In this document: positions 17,907 through 24,963 of the stretch, piece after piece | How the letters are laid out: each line of letters starts with the position of its first letter | Position numbering within the stretch: position 1 is the first letter of the stretch | From: a virus | Lineage: Duplodnaviria; Caudoviricetes | DNA: 24,963 nt | Virus record (IMG/VR): IMGVR_UViG_3300048080_000238 | Location: 1 to 24,963 of that record | Direction: 5' to 3' (one strand) | Notes under the pieces: model-generated | What the model was told of the DNA's origin: nothing | The model's database searches: none | Seen by the model: only the letters and a program-made list of their open reading frames with translations | Position numbers and translations under genes: made by a program

Positions 17907-18221
17907 CTAGAAAGGTACTGGCTGAGCGATAGCATCAAGGTACTCCGACTCAATGACACGATCATCTGCCGACGGAGCACCCCATTTAAGCGTGACGGTG
18001 CCGTCGTCATTGAAGGTCATATCGATTCCGTCTGTCTCGGCCAGCACCTCAAGCACCTCCTCCCATTCCAGATCACCGTCCGTATCGAGGCGATGGATCG
18101 TTACCCAACGCTGAATCTGAGCCACGGGTGAGCCGATCATTGCGGACACTCTAAGACCCAGTCTCTCAAGCCCCGTCATTTGCTCCGGGATTTTCTGGTT
18201 CTGATTTCGTTTTCTGCTCAC
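17907..18221 (-). CDS. DUF1654-like protein
   Basis: ERLGLRVSAMIGSPVAQIQRWVTIHRLDTD..WEEVL..DDGTVTLKW; GTG 18221 after AAGGAG. Confidence 0.75.
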   Translation of the reverse strand: MSRKRNQNQKIPEQMTGLERLGLRVSAMIGSPVAQIQRWVTIHRLDTDGDLEWEEVLEVLAETDGIDMTFNDDGTVTLKWGAPSADDRVIESEYLDAIAQPVPF

Positions 18222-18236
18222 GTCGCTCTCCTTGTG

Positions 18237-18252
18237 CTGTACATACATACAG
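18237..18252. promoter_or_regulatory. LexA (SOS) box
   Basis: CTGTACATACATACAG is a perfect CTGT-N8-ACAG, 15 nt upstream of the DUF1654 start. Confidence 0.85.
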
Positions 18253-18291
18253 TAGTCCGGCAAATCATAAGCCATTTCCTTTGAAATTAAA

Positions 18292-18334
18292 TTAACCATC
18301 GGTATTGACGCTCAAATATACCGATGGTTAACTA
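18292..18334 (+). promoter_or_regulatory. OL operators and pL promoter
   Basis: TTAACCATCGGTATT (18292) and TATACCGATGGTTAA (18317) match the OR consensus; -35 TTGACG at 18305, -10-like TTAACT/TAACTA at about 18328. Confidence 0.8.
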
Positions 18335-18624
18335 CCGCCATCGCCGGATAACAACCGGCCAGGTGGAAGGCAGCGATGAACCGGCCTCAACGGTTCAGAG
18401 GGTTGGCAACTGACCCAGGTGTGCAGCGTAAAGCACCGCAAACAGTTATCTGGTGGGCTGAGCCGCGACCGGACAAACAACCTGATATGGCAGGTGACGG
18501 ATGCCAGTAGCGGGTCACAACGGAACTCCGAGACCACCGACCCGGAAGACGGCTCGGTGTGCATCATCAGTGACCTTTCCATCACCCACGTCTGAAATCG
18601 CCCAACTTGATCAGTGACACCAAC

Positions 18625-18651
18625 AAAAGCCCGGTTCCGATCGGGCTTTTT
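18625..18651 (+). terminator. tL1-like intrinsic terminator
   Basis: AAAAGCCCGGTTCCGATCGGGCTTTTT. Confidence 0.8.
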
Positions 18652-18754
18652 ACGTCTGCCTTTATCCGTCAGCACTCTCCCCTGCGCCCAACGGTAACCA
18701 GCAGAAGGCCCGAGTGCTGACGATTAACCGCAACCCAACACTGAGGGATCAGCC

Positions 18755-19024
18755 ATGCAATCAATCCTGCAGCAGCGCTTCGCCGGGCGAAGGGCCCTGC
18801 GCTTCCGTTCGTTCATCGCCACGTCCGAGTTCTACTCCATGATCGGCCAGGAACCACCCGCCCAGAAGGTCCGCTTTCAGGTTCGGGCTATCGGCAAGGC
18901 GTACCACATCGTCGATCTGGTCACCGGAAAAACCAAGGCGTTCCGCTGGACGCATGCCTCGGCGGTGGACACGGCCAACCAGTTCGAAACACAGGTCGCC
19001 CGCCTGCCCAGAGGTGCGCAGTGA
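18755..19024 (+). CDS. Hypothetical early phage protein
   Basis: 89 aa, GAGGGA RBS, first ORF of the pL arm, GTGA overlap with the next gene. Confidence 0.7.
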   Translation: MQSILQQRFAGRRALRFRSFIATSEFYSMIGQEPPAQKVRFQVRAIGKAYHIVDLVTGKTKAFRWTHASAVDTANQFETQVARLPRGAQ

Positions 19025-19329
19025 TCGGCGTACCAATTCCCAACCCGCGAGACTCAATCCTCGCGAACCTGAATCAGCAACTAGAGCAGTACTTCGGCGC
19101 CGGCAAATCGGTGCAGGAAATCGCGCAAGGTATAAGCGGCACAAAGGACGGCACATTCGGCACCACCCACACCAACAAACTGCGTGCTGAGCGGGACAAG
19201 GTGGCGCCTAGGCTGAAGGAGTTGGCCGAGGCCGGCACACCCGTCGCCAAGGCGGCGAAAGAATGCGGCATGGAAGCCAAGCGAGCCCGCCTCATCGCCC
19301 GCGAAAACGGCTTCAAGTTCAAATCATGA
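19021..19329 (+). CDS. Hypothetical early phage protein with C-terminal HTH-like segment
   Basis: 102 aa; AEAGTPVAKAAKECGMEAKRARLIARENG; coupled overlaps at both ends. Confidence 0.7.
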   Translation: MIGVPIPNPRDSILANLNQQLEQYFGAGKSVQEIAQGISGTKDGTFGTTHTNKLRAERDKVAPRLKELAEAGTPVAKAAKECGMEAKRARLIARENGFKFKS

Positions 19330-19523
19330 AGCGCCTCAGCAACCAGGTGCGCCAGCGCCGACGACAGACATGGCTGGATCTACCGGCCCACGGAATTGAA
19401 GAGGCAGGCTATGGCCAAGAGCAACGCGGACATTCAAAAGGACAAGCGCGCCAAGGAGCGTGCCCTGCTGGATCGGATCGGCGCCGAGAAGCGCACGCTG
19501 ATTGTGTCGAAGGCGCTTGCTGA
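19326..19523 (+). CDS. Small Arg-rich phage ORF (MKRLSNQVRQRRRQTWLDLP)
   Basis: ATGA overlap with the upstream stop, but it overlaps the next gene by 113 nt. Confidence 0.4.
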   Translation: MKRLSNQVRQRRRQTWLDLPAHGIEEAGYGQEQRGHSKGQARQGACPAGSDRRREAHADCVEGAC

Positions 19524-19776
19524 TGCACTTCAGGTGCTGGGCAAGCGGCACGACTTCGAGGAATGGCAGGAGACGGCGTCGACGTTCTTGATCAACCTCG
19601 CCGCCGCGCCAGCCGAAGAGTCCGCCCGCTTCTCCACCATGTCGCGACATGAAATCGTTGTGAAGGATAAGTGGTCGCGACAGCTAGATGAGTTCGCCAA
19701 GACAGGTGTCGAAGCAGCTAAGCCCGATTACTGTTCGTCTTCTTCATCAAAGTCGATTGGGCCAGTGTTGAGATAA
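19411..19776 (+). CDS. Hypothetical early phage protein (MAKSNADIQKDKRAKER)
   Basis: ATG 19411 after GAGG; core-like GC content; the 3' end overlaps a convergent cargo gene. Confidence 0.7.
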   Translation: MAKSNADIQKDKRAKERALLDRIGAEKRTLIVSKALADALQVLGKRHDFEEWQETASTFLINLAAAPAEESARFSTMSRHEIVVKDKWSRQLDEFAKTGVEAAKPDYCSSSSSKSIGPVLR

Positions 19777-19979
19777 AGGTCGTCACCAAGCCCATCAACT
19801 TTATCGCGGACGCTTTGCGGAATCGCGATCGAGAAATAGATAACGTGGCCGGTGCCATTGTCCTGCTCCTGGATGTCCGTGACGTACTCAGCAACCTCAT
19901 CGGCAGTAAGGCCAATGTGGTCGCCGATGATCTCGTTATGGCGATTTTCTTGCGCTTCTTCAAGCTGACGGCTGCTCAT
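19728..19979 (-). CDS. Small highly acidic protein (cargo)
   Basis: 83 aa, AGAGG RBS, D/E-rich with DFDEEDEQ tail; antisense to the pL arm. Confidence 0.65.
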   Translation of the reverse strand: MSSRQLEEAQENRHNEIIGDHIGLTADEVAEYVTDIQEQDNGTGHVIYFSIAIPQSVRDKVDGLGDDLYLNTGPIDFDEEDEQ

Positions 19980-20096
19980 GTTTAAAGCCTCTTTTGATGA
20001 GCAATGAGAGTACGCAGCACAAGTTCATTGGCGCAACCATCAATAGAGTCCTACGACCAAAGCCGCATCCGGGTAACGGAGGGCGGCGCCTGACAG

Positions 20097-20129
20097 ACCC
20101 TCGCCTACTGCAATGAATTAGGCGAGGGT
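20097..20129. other. 11-bp inverted repeat just past the stop of 20137-20463 (possible terminator/stabiliser)
   Basis: ACCCTCGCCTA-N11-TAGGCGAGGGT; no U-tract. Confidence 0.5.
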
Positions 20130-20136
20130 GGTGAAA

Positions 20137-20463
20137 TCAGTCTTTTCGGCGACTGAACCACGACTGCAGTTCATCTACCACACTGGAAAGCTGGAGCTGG
20201 TCGTCAATGGAAAGCGTGCGAGCCTTGATCAGAAAGAGCCCTTCTTTGTGCGGGTCCTCCAGTCCATCTGTCGTCATGAGTTGATCGAGTTGGCTGATCC
20301 ACTTGCTTGAGCTGTCGTCCAAGAGTGTCCTGTCGAATCGATCCAAACCCTGACGACATTCAAAAAATGCAGTGGCTATTGACTGATCCTCTCCTTGAGG
20401 GTGAGGCAGCATCAACACTGATCGGGCAGATGCGAACTTCTCTGCTGCGTAGCTGAAAGACAT
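20137..20463 (-). CDS. Hypothetical protein (cargo, MSFSYAAEKFASARSVLMLPHPQGE)
   Basis: 108 aa from ATG 20463 with an AAGGAG RBS, preceded by 54-bp element copy 1. Confidence 0.75.
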   Translation of the reverse strand: MSFSYAAEKFASARSVLMLPHPQGEDQSIATAFFECRQGLDRFDRTLLDDSSSKWISQLDQLMTTDGLEDPHKEGLFLIKARTLSIDDQLQLSSVVDELQSWFSRRKD

Positions 20464-20475
20464 CACTTCTCCTTG

Positions 20476-20529
20476 ATCCGGCTCCATGCCGGGCCGAACA
20501 CCAATACCTTACATCAACCAATCATGCCA
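20476..20529 (-). repeat. 54-bp dispersed direct repeat, copy 1
   Basis: 44/54 identical, ungapped, to 21239-21292. Confidence 0.9.
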
Positions 20530-20544
20530 CCCTAATAATCAATT

Positions 20545-21225
20545 CTATACGCGAAGTAAGCCTGGTGCCCGATTTGGCTCTGGTGGAATCGGAACCATCT
20601 TAAATGACTGAGAGCCATAAGCCCCATCATCGTTTTTATAGCTAAATGTAAAAGCAACCTCAGAATGTTCATCAAGACTGCTCAAATACACGTGAAAACT
20701 TACCGCCACCCCATGGAGGAGGGAAGGAAAGTAAGCATGAGGAAGTCTGTATGCTGCATTATCTATGGACACGTTTAAATCAGTAATTTTGTTTCCAGCA
20801 TTAGTTATGCTAGCAGTAAAAATATACTCACCATTTTGCAAATAACCGTAAATTTCCCTAAATGCAAAAATTGGCTCCAATGCCGCTAGTCTACGGGCGC
20901 GATCTATCCTGATTTGCTCTAACTCGGCTGAAACTTGTTCTCTTGCCACCAACACCATTTCCTTTTGTTGCTCTACCGAATTTTGTAGTTCTACCGCCTG
21001 AAGTTGCAAAGCATCTGAGCTCAACTTTAGCTCGCGGCCTTGCTGCAGAAATCCGAGTACCAACCATAGGAAAGCTATAGGGCCAAATACACCCGCTAGA
21101 AAGTCTCCTAACTCATTAAGCTTAAGATCTTTAAACTCTTGAAACTTAAATCCCACAGCTACTGAAATCAATAGCAGATAAACAGCAGTGCCTATGCCAC
21201 CCCACAACTCCAGTTTTTTCCCCAT
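20545..21225 (-). CDS. Two-TM + coiled-coil + beta-rich domain protein (cargo)
   Basis: LNELGDFLAGVFGPIAFLWLVLGFLQQGRELK followed by a Q/E coiled coil; ATG 21225 after AGGAG; AT-rich. Confidence 0.75.
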   Translation of the reverse strand: MGKKLELWGGIGTAVYLLLISVAVGFKFQEFKDLKLNELGDFLAGVFGPIAFLWLVLGFLQQGRELKLSSDALQLQAVELQNSVEQQKEMVLVAREQVSAELEQIRIDRARRLAALEPIFAFREIYGYLQNGEYIFTASITNAGNKITDLNVSIDNAAYRLPHAYFPSLLHGVAVSFHVYLSSLDEHSEVAFTFSYKNDDGAYGSQSFKMVPIPPEPNRAPGLLRV

Positions 21226-21238
21226 ACCCAACTCCTAA

Positions 21239-21292
21239 ATCCGACTTCATGCCGGGTCGGACACAAATACCCCACTTCAACGAATCACGCCA
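21239..21292 (-). repeat. 54-bp dispersed direct repeat, copy 2
   Basis: 44/54 identical to 20476-20529. Confidence 0.9.
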
Positions 21293-21324
21293 GCCGGCGG
21301 GGCAGTCGGCTGTCTGGAGCAGTT

Positions 21325-22191
21325 ATGAATCCCTATCTGATCACGGGCCCGGCCCAGATCGGCATCAGTGGTGGCCGCACCAGCGCCCACATGGTCTACA
21401 AAACTCTTGAAGCCCACGGCGGGGCTTTGCCGCCAGATGTGCACCTGTTCTTTCAGAACACCGGCAAGGAACGCGGAGACGCTGGTTTTCATCGACCAGA
21501 TCGCCAAGCGCTGGAAAGTGAGCATCGTCTGGATGGAGTGATGCCGCGTGTACGGTCAGCCGGACGATGCGCCCTGGTACCGGCTGGTGGATTTCGTAAC
21601 ATTCAGTCGCAACGGCGAACCGTGCACGATAATGCTCGAGTACTACGCCGCGTACAGGAAGGCCGAGAAAAACCTGGCGCCGGTGCTACCGAACTTCTCG
21701 AACAATATGTGCACCGCGTACCTGAAGGTGAAGATCGGCGGAAGCACATGCGCGCCCTGGGATACACCGAGTGGGATTGCGTCGTCGGGATCCGCTACGA
21801 CGAGCCGAAGCGCTATCACCGCATGATGGCCGCCAATGATCGAGGCGGCACCCGCGGGGACAACCTTTGCCCGTCTTACACAGCCGGCATCACGAAGGAA
21901 GACGTCGCCGAGTTTTGGTCAGCCCAGCGCTTCGACCTCGGCATGGATTCTGATTTCGGGAACTGCGACCTGTGATGGAAGAAAAACGAAGGAAAGCTGA
22001 TCAAGACCATCATAGAAGACCCGTCGCGAGTCATCTGGTGGTCCGGCACCGAGGAAAGGTTTGGCCAGGTGTTCCGACAGGATCGAGCTGACTACAAAAC
22101 GATGGGCTGGTCTGCCGAGCAACGATCCCGGCAAACCGACTTCGATTTTGACTATCTCGCCCAGGACATAGACTGTTTCTGTGGCGACTGA
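21325..22191 (+). pseudogene. PAPS-reductase-like (PP-loop, Cys-rich) phage gene, disrupted
   Basis: SGGRTSA, FQNTGKE, CTAYLKVK, VVGIRYDE, GNCDL*WKK and terminal IDCFCGD are spread across frames. There are frameshifts near 21475 and 21740 and in-frame TGA at 21539 and 21973. Confidence 0.85.
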
Positions 22192-22218
22192 AAGGCCCCG
22201 CATGTATGCAATACAGAG

Positions 22219-23241
22219 TTACTGACCATCAAAATAAAACATCGGATGGTTAATATCTCCGGGTGGACAGATATAGAGCTCAGAAATCACCACTTCAGGT
22301 CTATAGGTAATTCTAAACGGCGAAAAGTCACCTTGAAATATTTCACTGTATATATCTGGCCCCCACTGTGCAGCCTGAAGAACGTGAATCGCTGCCATAG
22401 CCTCTATCAAATGCCCAAGACAAGCTTTATCAAAGTTACCTTCCCTGTCATGTTTGACCTCATTATATGCGTTGTACCAGGCTAAACTTTTAGTCGGCTT
22501 ACTAGCAGACCAGTTATCGAACGGCCATATTGTTTGATAGCTCGCATAATCCTTCAAAACCACTCCCCACTGGTCTAGCTTTAGGAGAGGAAGTAATTTC
22601 ACGTAATCGCGAGTAGTGAATACCTTGCCTGGCTGAGGACTAGAGCTATTAGCTACGATCACACCCCGCCAGTTAGCCTCTACCTCTGTGGCCGCCAGAA
22701 TTAGAAGTTCTCTTACTCGATGACCAAAGCTTGAAGCATTGGCCGGCTCTGGTTCTATGTACCGAAACAATTGAACTAGTTCCTGAAATAAACTCGTGGC
22801 AGCTATCGTTGACTGGAGTCTTGACGCGTGTTCCGTGACGGTGAGTGATCTTGAGCTATACCCACCATCCAGCGGATAGTTAGATGCTATGCCGCGCCAC
22901 ACTCTTGGATAGTAAGACGATAGTGGAATAGAAAGTTTCTGAACAGTGTCTTTATTCACATAAATGTTAGCCAGTGAAAAATCGTAACTCGCACAAAGCA
23001 AATCGTCACTATAGAGTTCGTCATCACCCGGCTTTGTAAGGTTCGCCCTATAAGAGCCCCACCTTCCTAGATCAGCATTGAAAACACGTCCAGATTTATG
23101 CGGCGCAAATAATATCAACGCATCGGATTCATCCCGCCAAAATGCTCCAAATCTCCCATTCCTATCTATGAAAACTGAAACATCAGTTTCTTTCTTCATC
23201 AACACCACTCTACTAATTGATATTTCTTTATAACTTGCCAC
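22219..23241 (-). CDS. AT-rich cargo protein, HEPN-like C-terminal domain
   Basis: 340 aa (start uncertain, 23241 or 23199); RELLILAATEVE and WYNAYNEVKHDR..FDKA.L motifs. Confidence 0.65.
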   Translation of the reverse strand: MASYKEISISRVVLMKKETDVSVFIDRNGRFGAFWRDESDALILFAPHKSGRVFNADLGRWGSYRANLTKPGDDELYSDDLLCASYDFSLANIYVNKDTVQKLSIPLSSYYPRVWRGIASNYPLDGGYSSRSLTVTEHASRLQSTIAATSLFQELVQLFRYIEPEPANASSFGHRVRELLILAATEVEANWRGVIVANSSSPQPGKVFTTRDYVKLLPLLKLDQWGVVLKDYASYQTIWPFDNWSASKPTKSLAWYNAYNEVKHDREGNFDKACLGHLIEAMAAIHVLQAAQWGPDIYSEIFQGDFSPFRITYRPEVVISELYICPPGDINHPMFYFDGQ

Positions 23242-23259
23242 ATCTCCAGCGAGGTATCC

Positions 23260-23382
23260 ATGCTGAAAATTTATTTAAGCGGGCCCATGACCGGACTGCC
23301 CGACATGAATTTTCCCGCCTTCAACAACATGGCCGAGCAGCTCGAAGGCATCGCCAAGCGCATCAGAAAAAACTACCCATAA
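23260..23382 (+). pseudogene. Truncated DUF4406-like gene (40 aa)
   Basis: GAGG RBS, then MLKIYLSGPMTGLPDMNFPAFNNMAEQL (DUF4406 N-terminus), ending abruptly in EGIAKRIRKNYP*. Confidence 0.7.
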
Positions 23383-23426
23383 CCCCTCCCCACCTTCTAC
23401 CGCCACGCGCGGCATGGAGCATCACC

Positions 23427-23669
23427 ATGGAAACAGAAATTCTTTCAGATGAAGAGCTGGCGGATCTAACTGGCTACAAGGCTCGGGCCTACCAGCGGCG
23501 CTGGCTGACAGACCGCCATTGGGTGTTCATCGAAAGCCGCGGCAAGCGTCCATTGGTTGGGCGGATGTACGCCCGCATGAAACTGGGAATGATCTCCCCC
23601 ACCGTCGCTGACCCCAACCCACCGCCGGCCGCGCCGGCATGGACGCCTGACTTCTCGCGAGTGAACTGA
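23427..23669 (+). CDS. Excisionase-like protein (DUF4224)
   Basis: METEILSDEELADLTGYK..YQRRWL....GKRPLVGR; GGAG RBS; 1 nt before int. Confidence 0.85.
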   Translation: METEILSDEELADLTGYKARAYQRRWLTDRHWVFIESRGKRPLVGRMYARMKLGMISPTVADPNPPPAAPAWTPDFSRVN

Positions 23670-23670
23670 T

Positions 23671-24720
23671 ATGCGACCCCGCAAGGCCGAAACACGTAAT
23701 TTGCCGCCCCGGATGTACCAATGGACGCGGCCACGGAAAAGCGGAAAGGACTGGATTGCCTATTACTACTTGGACCTGACGGGTAAGGCGATTCCCCTAG
23801 GCAAGGATCTGGACCTGGCACGGATCAAATGGGCAGAACTCGAAGCCAAGGAAAAACCCCTCGACCTGCGCACCATGAAGGGCATCTTTGATAGGTACAT
23901 CCGCGACATAGTCTCCAAGAAAGCGCCGCGCACCCAAAAGGACAATCTGTCGGAGATCAAGCAGCTGCGGCCGATGTTCGACAGCGCTCCCATTGACTCG
24001 ATCACCCCGGCCACGATTGCCGGGTACCGGGATGCACGGACGGCAAAGGTTCGGGCGAACAGGGAGATCGCCACCCTTTCCCACGTTTTCAATATCGCCC
24101 GGGAATGGGGGCTCACGACCAAGGAGAATCCGTGCCAGGGCGTGCGCAAAAACAAGGAAACGCCGCGGGACTATTACGCAAATGATGTGGTTTGGGATGC
24201 TGTTTACAAGAAGGCAGCTCAAGAGCTGAAAGACGCGATGGACCTGGCTTATCTGACCGGGCAACGGCCGGCCGATGTTCTGGTCATGAGGAAGGATGAT
24301 GTCGAGGGCAAATATTTGGGCGTGCAGCAGAACAAGACGCACAAGAAGCTACGAATCCAGATGACCGATGGTGACGAGGCAAACAGCCTGGGGCTGCTGA
24401 TCGCGAAAATGGCTGAGCGCAATGCTCAGCACATCTGCAGCTACCTAATTGTGAGTGCGCGCGGTAAGCGCATGACCGCGAAGATGCTCCGCGACCGGTG
24501 GGATAAGGCTCGAGAAAAGGCCAAAAAAGAGGCGGATGAGATGGGCGACACCCTGTTGGCTGAAAAAATCGGCAGCTTCCAGTTTCGTGACATCAGGCCA
24601 AAGGCTGCGTCGGAAATCATCGACGTCGCTGACGCGAGCCTGCTCTTGGGACACACCAAGGGCGACATCACGGAACGCGTTTACCGCCGTATCGGCGCCA
24701 TTGCAAAGCCGTCAAAATAG
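23671..24720 (+). CDS. int: Prophage integrase (tyrosine recombinase)
   Basis: LTGQRPAD, QNKT, FRDIRPKA, LLGH and RVY motifs; adjacent to xis and the att site. Confidence 0.95.
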   Translation: MRPRKAETRNLPPRMYQWTRPRKSGKDWIAYYYLDLTGKAIPLGKDLDLARIKWAELEAKEKPLDLRTMKGIFDRYIRDIVSKKAPRTQKDNLSEIKQLRPMFDSAPIDSITPATIAGYRDARTAKVRANREIATLSHVFNIAREWGLTTKENPCQGVRKNKETPRDYYANDVVWDAVYKKAAQELKDAMDLAYLTGQRPADVLVMRKDDVEGKYLGVQQNKTHKKLRIQMTDGDEANSLGLLIAKMAERNAQHICSYLIVSARGKRMTAKMLRDRWDKAREKAKKEADEMGDTLLAEKIGSFQFRDIRPKAASEIIDVADASLLLGHTKGDITERVYRRIGAIAKPSK

Positions 24721-24844
24721 CCCCAAAACCTGTTACAAAACTCAAATTTGGCCCCTTATAGAATGCGGCCTACAGAGGAGCCAAAAAACCAAAGTACTGT
24801 AACGAAAAATGGCTACAGGCCACGGTTTTAGCGGCTTTGAATAT

Positions 24845-24904
24845 CGGTCTTGAAAACCGTCGACTGTAACAGGTCCATGAGTTCGAATCCCATCGCCTCC
24901 GCCA
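24845..24904 (+). tRNA. 3' portion of tRNA-Ser(TGA) = prophage att core
   Basis: CGGT-CTTGAAA-ACCG anticodon arm, long variable arm, GTTCGAATC T-loop and CGCCTCC-GCCA end. The upstream sequence has no D-arm or 5' acceptor strand. Confidence 0.88.
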
Positions 24905-24913
24905 TATTTGTAC

Positions 24914-24950
24914 CGACAAAGCCCTGATTATTCAGGGCTTTGTCGTTTCT
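24914..24950 (+). terminator. Terminator after the tRNA 3' end
   Basis: CGACAAAGCCCTGA-TTAT-TCAGGGCTTTGTCG followed by TTTCT. Confidence 0.8.
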
Positions 24951-24963
24951 GGCTTTTGACAAA

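Larger units (their letters stand above)
1..24904. mobile_element. Lambdoid prophage (partial; continues left of the window)
   Basis: Canonical order int-xis-pL arm-cI/cro-cII-rep-Q-holin-cos-ter-portal-capsid, bounded by the tRNA att. Confidence 0.96.

Noticed and set aside
17768-18010. N-terminal extension of the sce7726 ORF
   Set aside because: It overlaps the DUF1654 gene; family-like sequence starts near GTG 17767.
18328-18675. 115-aa minus-strand ORF over the pL leader
   Set aside because: No RBS or motif; it crosses a terminator and ends in the operator.
21973-21975. Selenocysteine recoding at the TGA in NCDL*WKK (CxxC position)
   Set aside because: The same gene has two frameshifts and another TGA at a probable Trp, so decay is the simpler explanation.
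22201-22216. Second SOS-box-like CATGTATGCAATACAG
   Set aside because: The left half-site is not CTGT, and it sits between convergent gene ends.
23217-23426. 70-aa N-terminal extension of xis
   Set aside because: It crosses the DUF4406 remnant in another frame; ATG 23427 has its own GGAG RBS.
24845-24904. Complete functional tRNA-Ser
   Set aside because: There is no 5' acceptor strand or D-arm; it is an att fragment only.

Overview
This window holds about 25 kb of a lambdoid, cos-type prophage, very probably from Pseudomonas, running up to its att site in a tRNA-Ser(TGA) 3' half at the right edge. The minus strand carries the pR/late arm: cro, cII-like, replication initiator with internal iterons, DnaB, a second tyrosine recombinase, Q, late leader, holin, cos, terS, terL, gpW-like, portal and a ClpP-capsid fusion that runs off the left edge. 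The plus strand carries cI and the pL arm, ending in xis and int. Several AT-rich cargo genes sit in this core. They include a membrane protein + beta-family + sce7726-family nuclease locus at the rexAB-equivalent position behind cI, two HEPN-like genes, and two genes each preceded by the same 54-bp element with a covarying hairpin. Non-coding oddities are a 12-copy 10-bp tandem array between the late promoter and twin terminators, an OOP-like antisense sRNA unit, a structured pL leader with no N gene, and a LexA box pointing into the nuclease gene. Family names are from my own recognition of motifs; no searches were run.
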